Source: an uncultured Solirubrobacterales bacterium (lineage in GTDB: Bacteria; Actinomycetota; Thermoleophilia; Solirubrobacterales; Solirubrobacteraceae). From it: a stretch of DNA of 64,000 bases. The notes beneath the pieces were generated by a model. The model worked only from the letters and a program-made list of their open reading frames with translations. It ran no database searches and was not told the DNA's origin. This document shows positions 36,232 through 45,826 of the stretch, in pieces. The DNA lies in the NCBI GenBank assembly GCA_963723685.1, contig CAVRRX010000008.1, positions 469,930 through 533,929 on the forward strand, written 5' to 3'. Every line of letters begins with the position of its first letter. Position 1 is the stretch's first letter. The position numbers were made by a program, and so were the translations under genes.

Positions 36232-37703
36232 GAGGTTGTCCCGTAGCTCGTAGAAGTTTGTAGGTGGCGGTTCCTTTCGCCTTGTCCGGTCCCGCTGGGA
36301 CCGTGGCGAGTGCGAAATCAATCCGAAGACGAAGGGAACCGCCATGAAGACCGTAATGCAGGAGCAGGACAGCCGTGCGGAGAGTCTGCCGCTGCGGGTG
36401 CAGGAGGCGCTCGGGGAGCTCGTCGGGGCCGCGAAGGAGGGCCTGCTCGCTTTGAGCGTGGGTGTCGGGCTGGGCGTGCTGAGCGAGATGATGGAGGCCG
36501 AGCTCGAGGAGGTCGTGGGGCCCAAGCACGCGACCGCGAAGGACCGCACGGCTGTCCGTCACGGCCACGAGGACGGCGCGGTGACGCTCGGTGGCCGGCG
36601 GGTTGGCGTGAAGCATCCTCGTGCCCGCACGCCCGACGGGGAGCACGAGGTGCCGCTGGCGACGTATGCGTATTTCGCCGATCGCGACCCGCTGACGAAG
36701 GTCGTGTTGGAGCAGATGCTCGCTGGTGTTTCCACGCGCCGCTTCGCGAGGACCCTCGAGCCCGTCGGCGAGGCCGTGGCCGGCGCGGAGCGCTCCACGT
36801 CGAAGTCGACGGTCAGCCGCGAGTTTGTCTCGCGGACCGGCGAGCACCTCGCGGCGCTGATGGCCCGTCCGCTCTACGACGTCCGCCTGGCGGCGTTGAT
36901 GCTCGACGGGATCGAGCTGAAGGGCCGCTGCTGCGTCGTGGCGCTGGGTGTCAGCACCGAGGGAGTCAAGATCCCGCTCGGGCTCTGGGATGGATCCACG
37001 GAGAACAAGACCGTCACGGTGCACCTGCTCGCCGACCTGGTCGAGCGTGGCCTTGACGTCGAGCAGGGCGTCCTGGTCGTCCTTGACGGTGGCAAGGCCC
37101 TCAGAGCCGCCGTCAACGAGGTGTTCGGGCCGGTCCCGGTGCAGCGCTGTGTTCGCCACAAGGAACGAAACGTGCTCGACCATCTCCCCGAACGCGACCG
37201 GCCGCTCGTGAAGGCACGGCTCAGAAAGGCATGGGCCTCGGAGAACCACCAGTTCGCGCTCGAAGGGCTCGAACTCCTCGCCGGCGAGCTCGAGCGTTCT
37301 CACCCCGGCGCAGCCAGCTCGCTGCGGGAGGGCCTGGAGGAGACGCTGACCCTGACCCGCCTCGGGGTTCGCGGCAAGCTCAAGACGACGCTCCAGAGCA
37401 CGAACCCGATCGAGTCGATGATCGGCACCGTCCGGCAAACGAGCCGCAACGTCAAGCGCTGGCAGTCGGGCGATATGTGCCTGCGCTGGACCGCCGCGGG
37501 GATGCTCGAGGCCGAGGCCCAGTTCCGCAAGATCATCGGCTACAGCGACCTCGCCAAGCTCGCCCTCGCCGTCGAACGCGACCTCGCCGCCCACCGCACG
37601 AAGATTCACACCACAAGCAAGGAGGACACCCGCATCCCAGTCACCGTGTAACCATCACACCGGAACCGCCGCCACCAACTTCCACGGCGAACGGGACAAC
37701 CTC
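36232..37703 (+). mobile_element. IS256-family insertion sequence (1472 bp)
   Basis: Terminal IRs begin GAGGTTGTCCCGT at both ends (~40 bp, imperfect). 8-bp target duplication CTATGACG at 36224-36231 and 37704-37711. Confidence 0.95.
36344..37651 (+). CDS. IS256-family (Mutator-type) DDE transposase
   Basis: GVSTRR, LMLDG, LVERGL, VLDGGKALRAAV, QRCVRHKERN and STNPIES motifs. Confidence 0.95.
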   Translation: MKTVMQEQDSRAESLPLRVQEALGELVGAAKEGLLALSVGVGLGVLSEMMEAELEEVVGPKHATAKDRTAVRHGHEDGAVTLGGRRVGVKHPRARTPDGEHEVPLATYAYFADRDPLTKVVLEQMLAGVSTRRFARTLEPVGEAVAGAERSTSKSTVSREFVSRTGEHLAALMARPLYDVRLAALMLDGIELKGRCCVVALGVSTEGVKIPLGLWDGSTENKTVTVHLLADLVERGLDVEQGVLVVLDGGKALRAAVNEVFGPVPVQRCVRHKERNVLDHLPERDRPLVKARLRKAWASENHQFALEGLELLAGELERSHPGAASSLREGLEETLTLTRLGVRGKLKTTLQSTNPIESMIGTVRQTSRNVKRWQSGDMCLRWTAAGMLEAEAQFRKIIGYSDLAKLALAVERDLAAHRTKIHTTSKEDTRIPVTV

Positions 37704-37884
37704 CTATGACGTCCTGGCCAAGCGCGCGGACGCGGTGCTCAACAACATCGACAAGTATCTGCTCACCGTTCAAAGGGAGGACGGGCAAGACGAAGCTATT
37801 GCGGCAGCCTAGCGGGATCGACGATGCGCGTCTCCGTGACATCTCTCCCTCTGTTGCCCCCGAACCTCGCCGTAGGCTGCATGG

Positions 37885-38157
37885 GTGCCACGAATAGCGA
37901 GCTTCAACGGGATCGTCGTCATGTTTTACTTCGGTGACCATCCCCCACCACACGTCCATGCACGAATCGGACGTCCGAGAACCCGTGGCGTGGCGGAAGC
38001 CCGCTTCTCGATCGAGACCGGCGAACTCATCGACGGCGTGCTTCCGGCGGCGTAGGCAAGCGAGGTCACGAGATGGTGCCGCCGTCATCGCGAGGCTCTG
38101 AAAGCTGATTGGGCACGCACGCAGCTAGACCAGCACCCGACCGGGCGCTACGATTGA
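37885..38157 (+). pseudogene. DUF4160 family protein (putative TA toxin) with an in-frame TAG at codon 57
   Basis: MPRIASFNGIVVMFYFGDHPPPHVHA...LPAA*ASEVTRWCRRHREALKADW; TAG at 38053-38055. Confidence 0.82.
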
Positions 38158-38162
38158 TCGTG

Positions 38163-38462
38163 ATGGAGCCAGGAATCGCCCCTGAGATGATCGCGGCGAC
38201 GCCGCGCCCCGAGCACGTTGTCCGCGTGATGTTTGCCGACGGAGAGGTCCGCGACGTGGATATCACGCCGCTCTTGGACAGCGAAGTCTTCGCCCCCCTG
38301 CGTGATCCGAAGGTATTCGAGCAGGTCACGGTGGACGATGAGCTGGGCACCATCGCGTGGCCCGGCGGCGCCGACCTCGACCCGTCGGTGATCTACGCCG
38401 CGCTAAACCTTGGGCCCAACAAGGCCCAGATCAAGGTTCTAGCCCCCAGCATCGCCGCCTGA
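38163..38462 (+). CDS. DUF2442 family protein (putative TA antitoxin)
   Basis: VRVMFADG...VFAPLRDPKVFEQV...GTIAWPGGADLDP; directly follows the DUF4160 gene. Confidence 0.85.
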   Translation: MEPGIAPEMIAATPRPEHVVRVMFADGEVRDVDITPLLDSEVFAPLRDPKVFEQVTVDDELGTIAWPGGADLDPSVIYAALNLGPNKAQIKVLAPSIAA

Positions 38463-38659
38463 GTCACTTCGGCTGACCCGCTCGACACTGCGGTCGATGC
38501 CGTGCGACAGGCCGCGAGCAAATGGCAGCCCTGCCAATATCGCCCGAAATCGACCGCAAAACGCGGACTTTTGAGCTGTCGGCCTCATCGGCCGTCCAAC
38601 TGCGAATCCTCAGTACCCACGCGGCATTCAGGCCCATCGACCAGCCAAACCGCCCGTCC

Positions 38660-38725
<66 letters not shown>

Positions 38726-38773
38726 GATCCGGGATCGGCTAACGCGCCGGTTCCATCCGCTGGCAGTAGTCGT

Positions 38774-38980
38774 TCAGGTCTCCCGCGCAATAACCCGATC
38801 GACCTCGACCATCCCGCCCGAATGATCATCCGGGTAGACGACGATCACGCTTGGCGATCCGCCGAACCAGGCGCTCATCTCGCCCTCGCCGACGTACTCG
38901 GCGGCGCGCTGGGAGCCGTCGCCCTGGATCACCCACACGGGCTGACCCTTGTGAAACAGGCTGTCGCCGATATCGGTCAT
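38774..38980 (-). CDS. Small hypothetical protein (68 aa)
   Basis: MTDIGDSLFHKGQPVWVIQ...VEVDRVIARET; protein-like composition, fused to the upstream gene in the ORF track only through a frameshift. Confidence 0.6.
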   Translation of the reverse strand: MTDIGDSLFHKGQPVWVIQGDGSQRAAEYVGEGEMSAWFGGSPSVIVVYPDDHSGGMVEVDRVIARET

Positions 38981-39141
38981 CCCGGATAACGATACTCGCG
39001 CCGGCAAGGGGCTGTGGCGGCTGTTCAGGGCCCGTCCGCCCATTGGGCTAAACGTCGGAAGCGCACAGAGCGCAGTGTTTGCCTGCGCCTGGGAGCTGGC
39101 AAGTGGTAGCGGGACGTCGCGAGTGACTGCTGAGGAGGCGG

Positions 39142-39883
39142 TCAGGTGAGTCTCGCCAGCACCAACGCGACCGCAAGCAGCACCAGCCCAGTGGCACAGG
39201 CCATCAGCGCGCCCTCCATCGGTGCCGCAATCCGCGCGGCGTCCAGCTCGACGGTACGTCCGCTGCTCAGCTGCTGCTCCCCCCGCAGCGACACGGTACG
39301 CCTGCGCAGCTCGCGCACAGGTGTGCTCAGGCGTCGCTGCGCCATGCTCAGCATCAGGCACGCCGCGGCGACGAGCACGCCGTCGACACGTACTTCGCCC
39401 GCCTGCACCCAAAAGGCCGTGAACGCGGGGAACGCACCCCACGCCAGCGCGAACCACAGGTCCGAGTGCATGCGTCCGCCAAACAGCTCGAGGTTGTAGG
39501 CGAGCACCAGCAGCACACCGACGGCGACGAACGCCAGCAGCCAGTAGGAGATCGACACGGCGCCCACAACACCGATCGGCGACCGCCCCCGCCAAAGAGA
39601 TGCCCGCGAGCGCGATCAGTACGCGATCGGAGATGTTCGTCTGTAGCGGTCGTCCGTGTAGCTCATCCAGCGCGTGTGCGGCCACGCCGACGGCGAGCAG
39701 GAAAGCGAGCAGCGTCCACAGCAGGCGATGGCCGTCCAGGCGGGGCGCCACGGCCGCGCCGATCGCCACATAACTCAGGTGCCAAGCCGTGTATGGGGGA
39801 TGCAGCAACGTCAGCAGATCGCGCCAACCGCCTGGCCGCAGCGCGTAGAAGGCCGGCCGCTCAAGTCGGCTCGGTGTCGCCAC
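39142..39883 (-). CDS. Multi-TM protein, UbiA-prenyltransferase-like (frameshift near 39575)
   Basis: LLHPPYTAWHLSYV, AHALDELHGRPL and AYNLELFGGRMHSDLWFALAWG. Confidence 0.6.
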
Positions 39884-40733
39884 CGGCGTTTGCCTTTCCA
39901 GCCGCGGCCGCCGCGGGATCGCCCTCGACGGTGCTGCTCGCAGCGGTCACTGCGCTCCGACGCGCCTCCCTTCGCGGCAGGCTCCGGCTCTGCTTCGTGC
40001 CCCACATCACCACGCCGCCACCCAGGCTCATACGGCGCACGCGCACGTCCACGATCCCCGCCTGCTCCCACAGCTCCACGATGCGCGCCATCGGATAGCG
40101 CTCGTAGAAGGCCGGGATGCTCTCGGACAGGAAGCGTCCAGTGTGTGCCCACTCGCGCGAGACGGCTCTGCCCAGCACGGGTAGTCCCACACGCGTGTAA
40201 AACCTCCACAGCGCCGCCACAGCGCTCGCGGTGGCACGGCGAACTCGAGCGAGGCGATTCGCCCACCGGGCTTGACCACGCGCGCCAGCTCGGCCATCGT
40301 GGCCGGCGGATCCTCCACGTAGCGCAGCAGGTAGGTGAAGGTCAGGTGGTCGAACTCCTCGTCGCGAACGGGAGCCGCTCGGCTTCGCCGCGCACCAGCG
40401 AGACCCGCTCGGCCAGCCCTTCGGTCGCGCGTCGAGCCTCGCCTGCGCGCCGGCAAGCATCTGCGGGCTCTGGTCGAGTCCCACCACCTCACAGCCGTAG
40501 CGCCGCACGAGCTCCTGTGCCACGAGCCCCGTGCCGGTGGCCACGTCGAGCACGCGCTGCGCTCGCCTCGGCTTGCACGGCGTCGACCATCGCCCGTCGC
40601 CAGCGCGGGTCCTGGCCAAAGCTCAGCACCGCCGCCACGCGGTCGTAGTGGCGCGGCAGCGGCGCGAACAGCTCCAGCGTCTCGCGCTTGAGGCGCGCCG
40701 GGCGCGGGCTGCGGATCGCTCGATCTGGCTCAT
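39861..40733 (-). CDS. Class I SAM methyltransferase (UbiE/MenG-like), frameshifted
   Basis: LSFGQDPRWRR, VLDVATGTG, LTFTYLLRYV and ELARVVKPGG motifs across frames. Confidence 0.8.
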
Positions 40734-40933
40734 GGAGAGCGCTCGCTATCGGCCATCTCCATCAGCATGATGGCTCTGCCGCGCCAGTGCACAAGCTCCG
40801 CAAGGTGCCGATCAGTCGGCGAAGCGGCCCGCCTGCGCGAACTCCGGAGCCGAATGACCGATCCGTAGAGCGCGGCTGCAAGCCGCGCTGCAAGCCCGTC
40901 CGTATGGGCTAAGGCAACGGGGCAGGCGTGCCG

Positions 40934-43345
40934 ATGATGGCTCCGTGGCAACTACTTCCCGTCTGCTCCCCTTGCGCGCCGTCGTGTCGCTCGCGGCGCT
41001 TGCGCTCGTGGCCTGCTCACGCTGGCGCTGCTGTTCGCGGCCCCGCCCGCCGGAGCGTTTGTGACGACCGTCGAAGGGACGAAGGTGGGCCTTCAGCCGC
41101 GCAGCACGATGGTGTTCGACGGAAGCTGCGACTCGATCACACGGTAGAACCGGAAGTTATGCCCTCGACCTGGAAAGATTCGCCAACGACAGCGGCAACC
41201 CGATCGTCAGCGCCAGCAAGATCTACGCGATCTACTGGGATCCGACCGACCATTACCACGGCGATTGGCAGCATGTGATCGACATCTTCCTGCAGAGCAT
41301 GGGTGCCGCCAGTGGAACGCTCGGCAACGTGTTCGCCGTTGACGCCCAGTACACGGACAAGGCCAACCAGCACGCCCTGTACAAGTCCACCTTCCAGGGT
41401 GCCTACACGGACACAGACGCATACCCGGCCTCGGGTTGTAAAGATCCCCATCCGCTTCGACCCGCGAGATCTGATCGGCCCAGAAATAGGGCAAGAACTA
41501 CGCGGCGAAGCGAATATGAACCTGTTTGCCTGACCGACCAGCAGATCCGTAAAGAGCTCGAAACATTCATCGCCCAGCATTCGCCTGCAGAAGGGCATGG
41601 AAACGATCTTCTATCTGCTGACTCCTCCGGCTGTCACAGTCTGTCTCGACGGGGGCGGGAACAGCGGCCATTGCTCTGATTTCCTTGGCGACGATGGCCG
41701 AAGCCGAAGCCAACGAAAATGCCAAGCGAGAAGCGGAAGAAGACCCGAAAAAATCCTTCGTCGAACCGGAATCACTACAAGAGCTACAAAGACAGCTTCT
41801 GCAGCTATCACTCCGACTATCGACGCGAGTAACTCGAGCGGTGGCGAAAATACGATCCTCTACGGCGTGATTCCGTGGACTGCCGGTGGGCTCGGCGATC
41901 GGCAGCTCCTTTCGAAGCGATGAACTGACGGCATATGACTGTCAGGACGGCGGCTACGATCCCAGCAGCAAACCGGTCGAGAAGCAGGAGAAGAAGAAGG
42001 AAAGGACCGCCAAGGAAATAGAAGAAGACGAAGAAAAGACGCTTGAACAGCAGGCAGAAGATCGAAGAAGCGGAAAAGCTCGAAGGCCCGCACCCGCAGG
42101 AGCCCAATCAGGTGAAATGCCCGAGCCCCGATGGCGGCTGCGACACCGGGCTGGCAGATCTGATCATCAACCAGATCGCGGTCGAGCAGCAGAACATCGT
42201 CACCGATCCGCTGTTGAACGCTTGGCAGGATCCAAACGGCAACGAGGCGACCGACGAGTGTCGTGACTGGTTTGCACCGGTCTTGGGTGGCAACGTTGGC
42301 GCCCAGGAAGAGTCCGACGCTGGGACGCTCTTCAACCAGGCGCTCGTGGGCAACGACTACTACCTCAACACTGCCTTCAACCTGGCGGCGCTAAAGCTGC
42401 CCTATCCAGGAGTTCCCTGCCTGCCGGGCGTCGCGTTGCTGCCTCAGTTCACTGCGCCAAACCCGGTAAACGTAAACGAAATAGTCGGCTTCGACGGTAT
42501 GGAGTCGGACATCATCGCTGGGTGCCGACACAGTCTTCTCGCCCACTGGTGAACCGCACACCGGCTATGCCACTTACACCTGGAACTTCGGCGACGGCTC
42601 GGCCCCGGTGGTCGGCTATCGCGCCCGGCGCTCCGCTGGTGAATTCCCCAGGAGTCTCGCCATGCGGCGCCGCCCAATGGGAAGCGCCCTGCGCGGCCAG
42701 CGCCTACCACTCCTATAAGTATGGCGGCACCTACGAAGTGACCCTCACGGTCACCGACGTAGGCGGCAACACGGCCAGTGTCAAGGAGCCGATAACCGTC
42801 GTCGGCCCGCCCGAACCAAAACCTGAACCGACCGACACCCGCGCCGGCACCCACGCCTGCGCCTACACCCTCCACGGCAACGCCGGGCGGCCCAGGCGGC
42901 TCCGGGTCCTCGGGCGGCTCCAGTGGAACCGGCACCGCATCCACATCGACACCGCCCCCGGTGCTCGGCGCCTCGGTCACCTCCAAGTCGCTGAAAAAGG
43001 CGCTCAGCAGCGGTCTCCCGGTGCGCTACACGACAAACGAGCAGGTGGCCGGCAACATCGAGGTACTGCTCGAAAGCAGCCACGGCCAAGCGCCTTGGCA
43101 TCAAAGGTGCGACGGCTACGGGTCTGCCCGCCGGCACGCCGAAGTCGATCGTCATCGGCACGGCCGTGCTCGTGACGACAAAGGCCGGTCAGGGCACGAT
43201 CCGCGTCAAGTTCACCTCGCGTGCCGCCGCTCGCCTGAAGCACGTTCACAAACTGAAGGTCACACTGCGCCTGTTCGCGCGCAACGCCTCGCGCCAGAGC
43301 CCGCAGACGACGACGATGCTCAGCACCGTCGTGCTCAACCCCTGA
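40934..43345 (+). CDS. Large secreted protein with a PKD domain, heavily frameshifted
   Basis: Fragments YAIYWDP, CLTDQQIRKEL, FCSYHS, EQQNIVTDPLLNAW, WNFGDG and HSYKYGGTYEVTLTVTD. Boundaries are approximate. Confidence 0.65.
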
Positions 43346-43428
43346 GCGCTTCCCCGACGCGGTCCGAACCTCGGTCGGCGGAACCGGCGGAACCGGCAGG
43401 AACGGGTTGCCGGCAGATGCGCCACCCT

Positions 43429-44445
43429 TTATAGGCCGGGTGGGTGGCGCACCGCGTAGCCTTCGAGCGAAGGCTGCGAGACAAGCCAGCGCGACGCGTA
43501 AGGACCGCTGCGCCCGGCGGTGTCGAACCACACGCCGTCCACGTCCATGAACGTGTGACCGGCGTTGGCGTAGATCGTGATCCAACGCCCCGGCCCCGGT
43601 TCGCCCCAGTTGGCGAGGTCGCCCGAGACCAGCGGTGCGCTCAGCAGGCCGCCCGCCGCAAGCGCATAGCTGACCGAGCCGGAGCAGTCATAGCCGTTGG
43701 CGACGAACGAGCCGTGCCCGCCGCCCCAGATGTAGGGGAAGTCGGCGATCGCGTTGCCTCCGGCGACCACGCGCTGCACGGCTTCGGGGACGTTCGTGGG
43801 GATCGGGATCGTGCCGTTTCCTCCTACCGAGAAGCCGCCGGCGACGGGCGTGAGCACACGTCGCTGCGCCGCCTGTTCTTGGGCCTTGGCCTTTTCCTCT
43901 TCGCCGAGCTCCTTGCGGATTTCGGAATCCGAGGCCGCTCCGGGAGCGATCGCGGCTTCGGCGGCGACGCTTGGTGTGCTCGCGCGAGCGTGATGCACCG
44001 AGGCGGGCAGCGGGAAGCTCTTGGATTCTTCGGGGTCGCGCACCTCGGCGACGGCCACGCCTTTGGCCGAGCCGGCACTTGCGCCTGCCGGCGAGCCCCC
44101 GCCGGTAGCACTCGGGATCGCGCCTTTGACGTGGATGCTCGTGCCGGGATGCGCCGCGCCCGTCCCCGCACCGGTGTTGGTAGTCCCCGGCTTAGTTGCT
44201 CGGGCGGTCTGTTGGGTGCTCTGGCTGGAGGAGTGGTGTCGTTCTACGACGTTTCCGGCCTGCGCGATGCTTGTCTTGGCTGCTCGCGCGGGCGCCGAGT
44301 GGCCGCCGCCGCTGAGCAGCAAGGCCGCGACGACGGCGATCGCGATGACGGCGAGCCCGCCCGCGAGCACACGCCACGAAAGCGGCAAGCCCCCTCGCGA
44401 GCCAGGCTGGACTGCAGTGTCGGACCCGGTACTCACCTTTGACAC
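43429..44445 (-). CDS. Membrane-anchored NlpC/P60-like peptidoglycan hydrolase
   Basis: PYIWGGGHG, YDCSGSVS and YANAGH motifs; N-terminal TM helix. Confidence 0.85.
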   Translation of the reverse strand: MSKVSTGSDTAVQPGSRGGLPLSWRVLAGGLAVIAIAVVAALLLSGGGHSAPARAAKTSIAQAGNVVERHHSSSQSTQQTARATKPGTTNTGAGTGAAHPGTSIHVKGAIPSATGGGSPAGASAGSAKGVAVAEVRDPEESKSFPLPASVHHARASTPSVAAEAAIAPGAASDSEIRKELGEEEKAKAQEQAAQRRVLTPVAGGFSVGGNGTIPIPTNVPEAVQRVVAGGNAIADFPYIWGGGHGSFVANGYDCSGSVSYALAAGGLLSAPLVSGDLANWGEPGPGRWITIYANAGHTFMDVDGVWFDTAGRSGPYASRWLVSQPSLEGYAVRHPPGL

Positions 44446-44505
44446 AGGCTAGCGCCGCTGGAGGCAAATGCAGCCCGGTTGCCTGAACCTGGCTCAAAAA
44501 CGCTC

Positions 44506-44531
44506 ATGCCCCGTGCGCGCACGGGGGGCAT
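44506..44531. repeat. Palindrome family copy 2, between divergent genes
   Basis: ATGCCCCGTGCGCGCACGGGGGGCAT; the 18-bp core 44509-44526 is perfect. Confidence 0.85.
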
Positions 44532-44625
44532 CACCACATTTCAAAGACTTCCAACCCAGCCGCGCACCTCAAGATCCCCCCGTCAACCAGGCCCGCTCCG
44601 CGGCCGCCTTCGGTACCCTGATCGG

Positions 44626-45111
44626 ATGCCCGCACAGGAAACCGTCGTGGACGTTCGTCCCGGCGGCGCTAGCCATCGCCCCGAAGCGCGGGCGCACATG
44701 CGCTTTCTGCACGGCATGCGCCGCCCCGCCAACTGGCTGCAACTGGTTCGCTTCGGGCTCGTCGGCGGCGTGGGCTTCGTGCTCAACCTCGCCGTCTACA
44801 CGCTGTGCGTGCACGTTCTGCACGTCGCCTACCAGCCGGCATACGCACTCGCTTGGCTGGTCGGCGTAACGAACAACTTCGTGCTCAACCGCCACTGGAC
44901 GTTCGACGCCTCGGCTGGCAGGGTCCACTTCCAGGCCGTGCGCTTCTTCGTGGTGAGCCTGATCGCCGCCCTCTTCGGGTTTCTGTTCCTGACGCTGCTC
45001 GTCGAGGTTGCTGGACTCGCCAAGGTGCCGGCCGAGGCGATTGCCGTGGCGGCTTCGATGCCGCTCAACTTCCTTGGCAACAAGCTCTGGAGCTTCCGGA
45101 TGCGCCACTGA
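44626..45111 (+). CDS. GtrA family protein
   Basis: QLVRFGLVGG, NFVLNRHWTF and NFLGNKLWSF motifs. Confidence 0.9.
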   Translation: MPAQETVVDVRPGGASHRPEARAHMRFLHGMRRPANWLQLVRFGLVGGVGFVLNLAVYTLCVHVLHVAYQPAYALAWLVGVTNNFVLNRHWTFDASAGRVHFQAVRFFVVSLIAALFGFLFLTLLVEVAGLAKVPAEAIAVAASMPLNFLGNKLWSFRMRH

Positions 45112-45193
45112 CGCAACTCGCGTGCTCGACCGGGCAGGCCGGAGCGCGAGATTGGGTACCTATACTCTGGATTTCCCCCGCTGGAGGAACGTC

Positions 45194-45685
45194 GTGCAGG
45201 AGATGGTCATCTATGGCGTGAGCTTCGACATGGTCGGCAAGCAGCCGATCGTGCTGTTGAAGACGGTGGACGGCAACAAGTTCCTGCCGATCTGGATCGG
45301 CCACCCCGAGGCCGCCTCGATCCTGATGAAGCTGCAGGGCGCCAGTACGCCAAGGCCGATGACCCACGACCTGCTGTGCGAGATGCTCGGCGAGCTCGAC
45401 GTGAAGTGCACCCAGGTGTCGGTCACCGAGCTGCGCGAGAACACCTTTTTTGCCTCGATCACGCTGAGCGTCGGCGGGCGCGAGCTCGAGATCGACTCGC
45501 GCCCGAGCGACGCGATCGCGATCGCCGTGCGCGCGGGCGCGCCGATCTTTGCCGCCGAGGAGGTGATCGCCGAGTCGGCGATCGAGTTCGAGCACAACAT
45601 CGAGGAGTCCGAGGATGTCGTCGAGCGCTTCAAGGAGTTCCTCGACGAGGTGACCCCAGAGGACTTCGCCGCCGGCGATTCCTGA
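45194..45685 (+). CDS. Bifunctional nuclease family protein (DUF151)
   Basis: LPIWIGHPEA, RPMTHDL and DSRPSDAIAIAVR motifs. Confidence 0.92.
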   Translation: MQEMVIYGVSFDMVGKQPIVLLKTVDGNKFLPIWIGHPEAASILMKLQGASTPRPMTHDLLCEMLGELDVKCTQVSVTELRENTFFASITLSVGGRELEIDSRPSDAIAIAVRAGAPIFAAEEVIAESAIEFEHNIEESEDVVERFKEFLDEVTPEDFAAGDS

Positions 45686-45701
45686 GCGGATCGTTGTTGT
45701 G

Positions 45702-45819
45702 CCAGGCGCGCATGCGCGCCTGGATGGGGTGCACATGTGCACCCCATAGACGGGCCGCATGCGGCCCGTCACCGATAGGCGCATGCGCCTATCGGCACCC
45801 CCGCACATGTGCGGGGGTG
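45702..45819. repeat. Array of five abutting perfect palindromes centred on CATG, ~24-bp period
   Basis: CCAGGCGCGCATGCGCGCCTGG; ATGGGGTGCACATGTGCACCCCAT; GACGGGCCGCATGCGGCCCGTC; CCGATAGGCGCATGCGCCTATCGG; CACCCCCGCACATGTGCGGGGGTG. Confidence 0.97.
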
Positions 45820-45826
45820 AACTGCG

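Larger units (their letters stand above)
35976..37812 (+). pseudogene. Shedu (SduA/DUF4263)-like nuclease C-terminal remnant, 5'-truncated and split by IS256
   Basis: Removing the IS gives ...LAQALGQVHAY...RLIIVIGR...VQVVPYDVLAKRADAVLNNIDKYL...*, with the QxxxY, IIGR and YD(L) pattern of DUF4263. Confidence 0.7.

Noticed and set aside
36224-37609. Long antisense or alternative-frame ORFs (for example 461 aa opposite the transposase, 532 aa at 45905-47503, 468 aa at 60336-61742)
   Set aside because: These are shadow ORFs expected in high-GC DNA opposite well-supported genes, with no recognisable motifs.
38053-38055. Pyrrolysine or readthrough at the in-frame TAG
   Set aside because: No pyl genes are visible, TAG is used as a normal stop throughout the window, and the gene lies in a decaying islet.
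43378-43406. Short 9-bp tandem repeat (CGGAACCGG-like, about three copies) between convergent genes
   Set aside because: It is too short and GC-rich to distinguish from ordinary slippage.
45702-45819. CRISPR array, or eukaryotic NRF1/p53-like motifs
   Set aside because: There is no constant repeat with independent spacers, the 24-bp period is too short, and no cas genes are present. Similarity to eukaryotic CATG-centred motifs has no meaning in this context.
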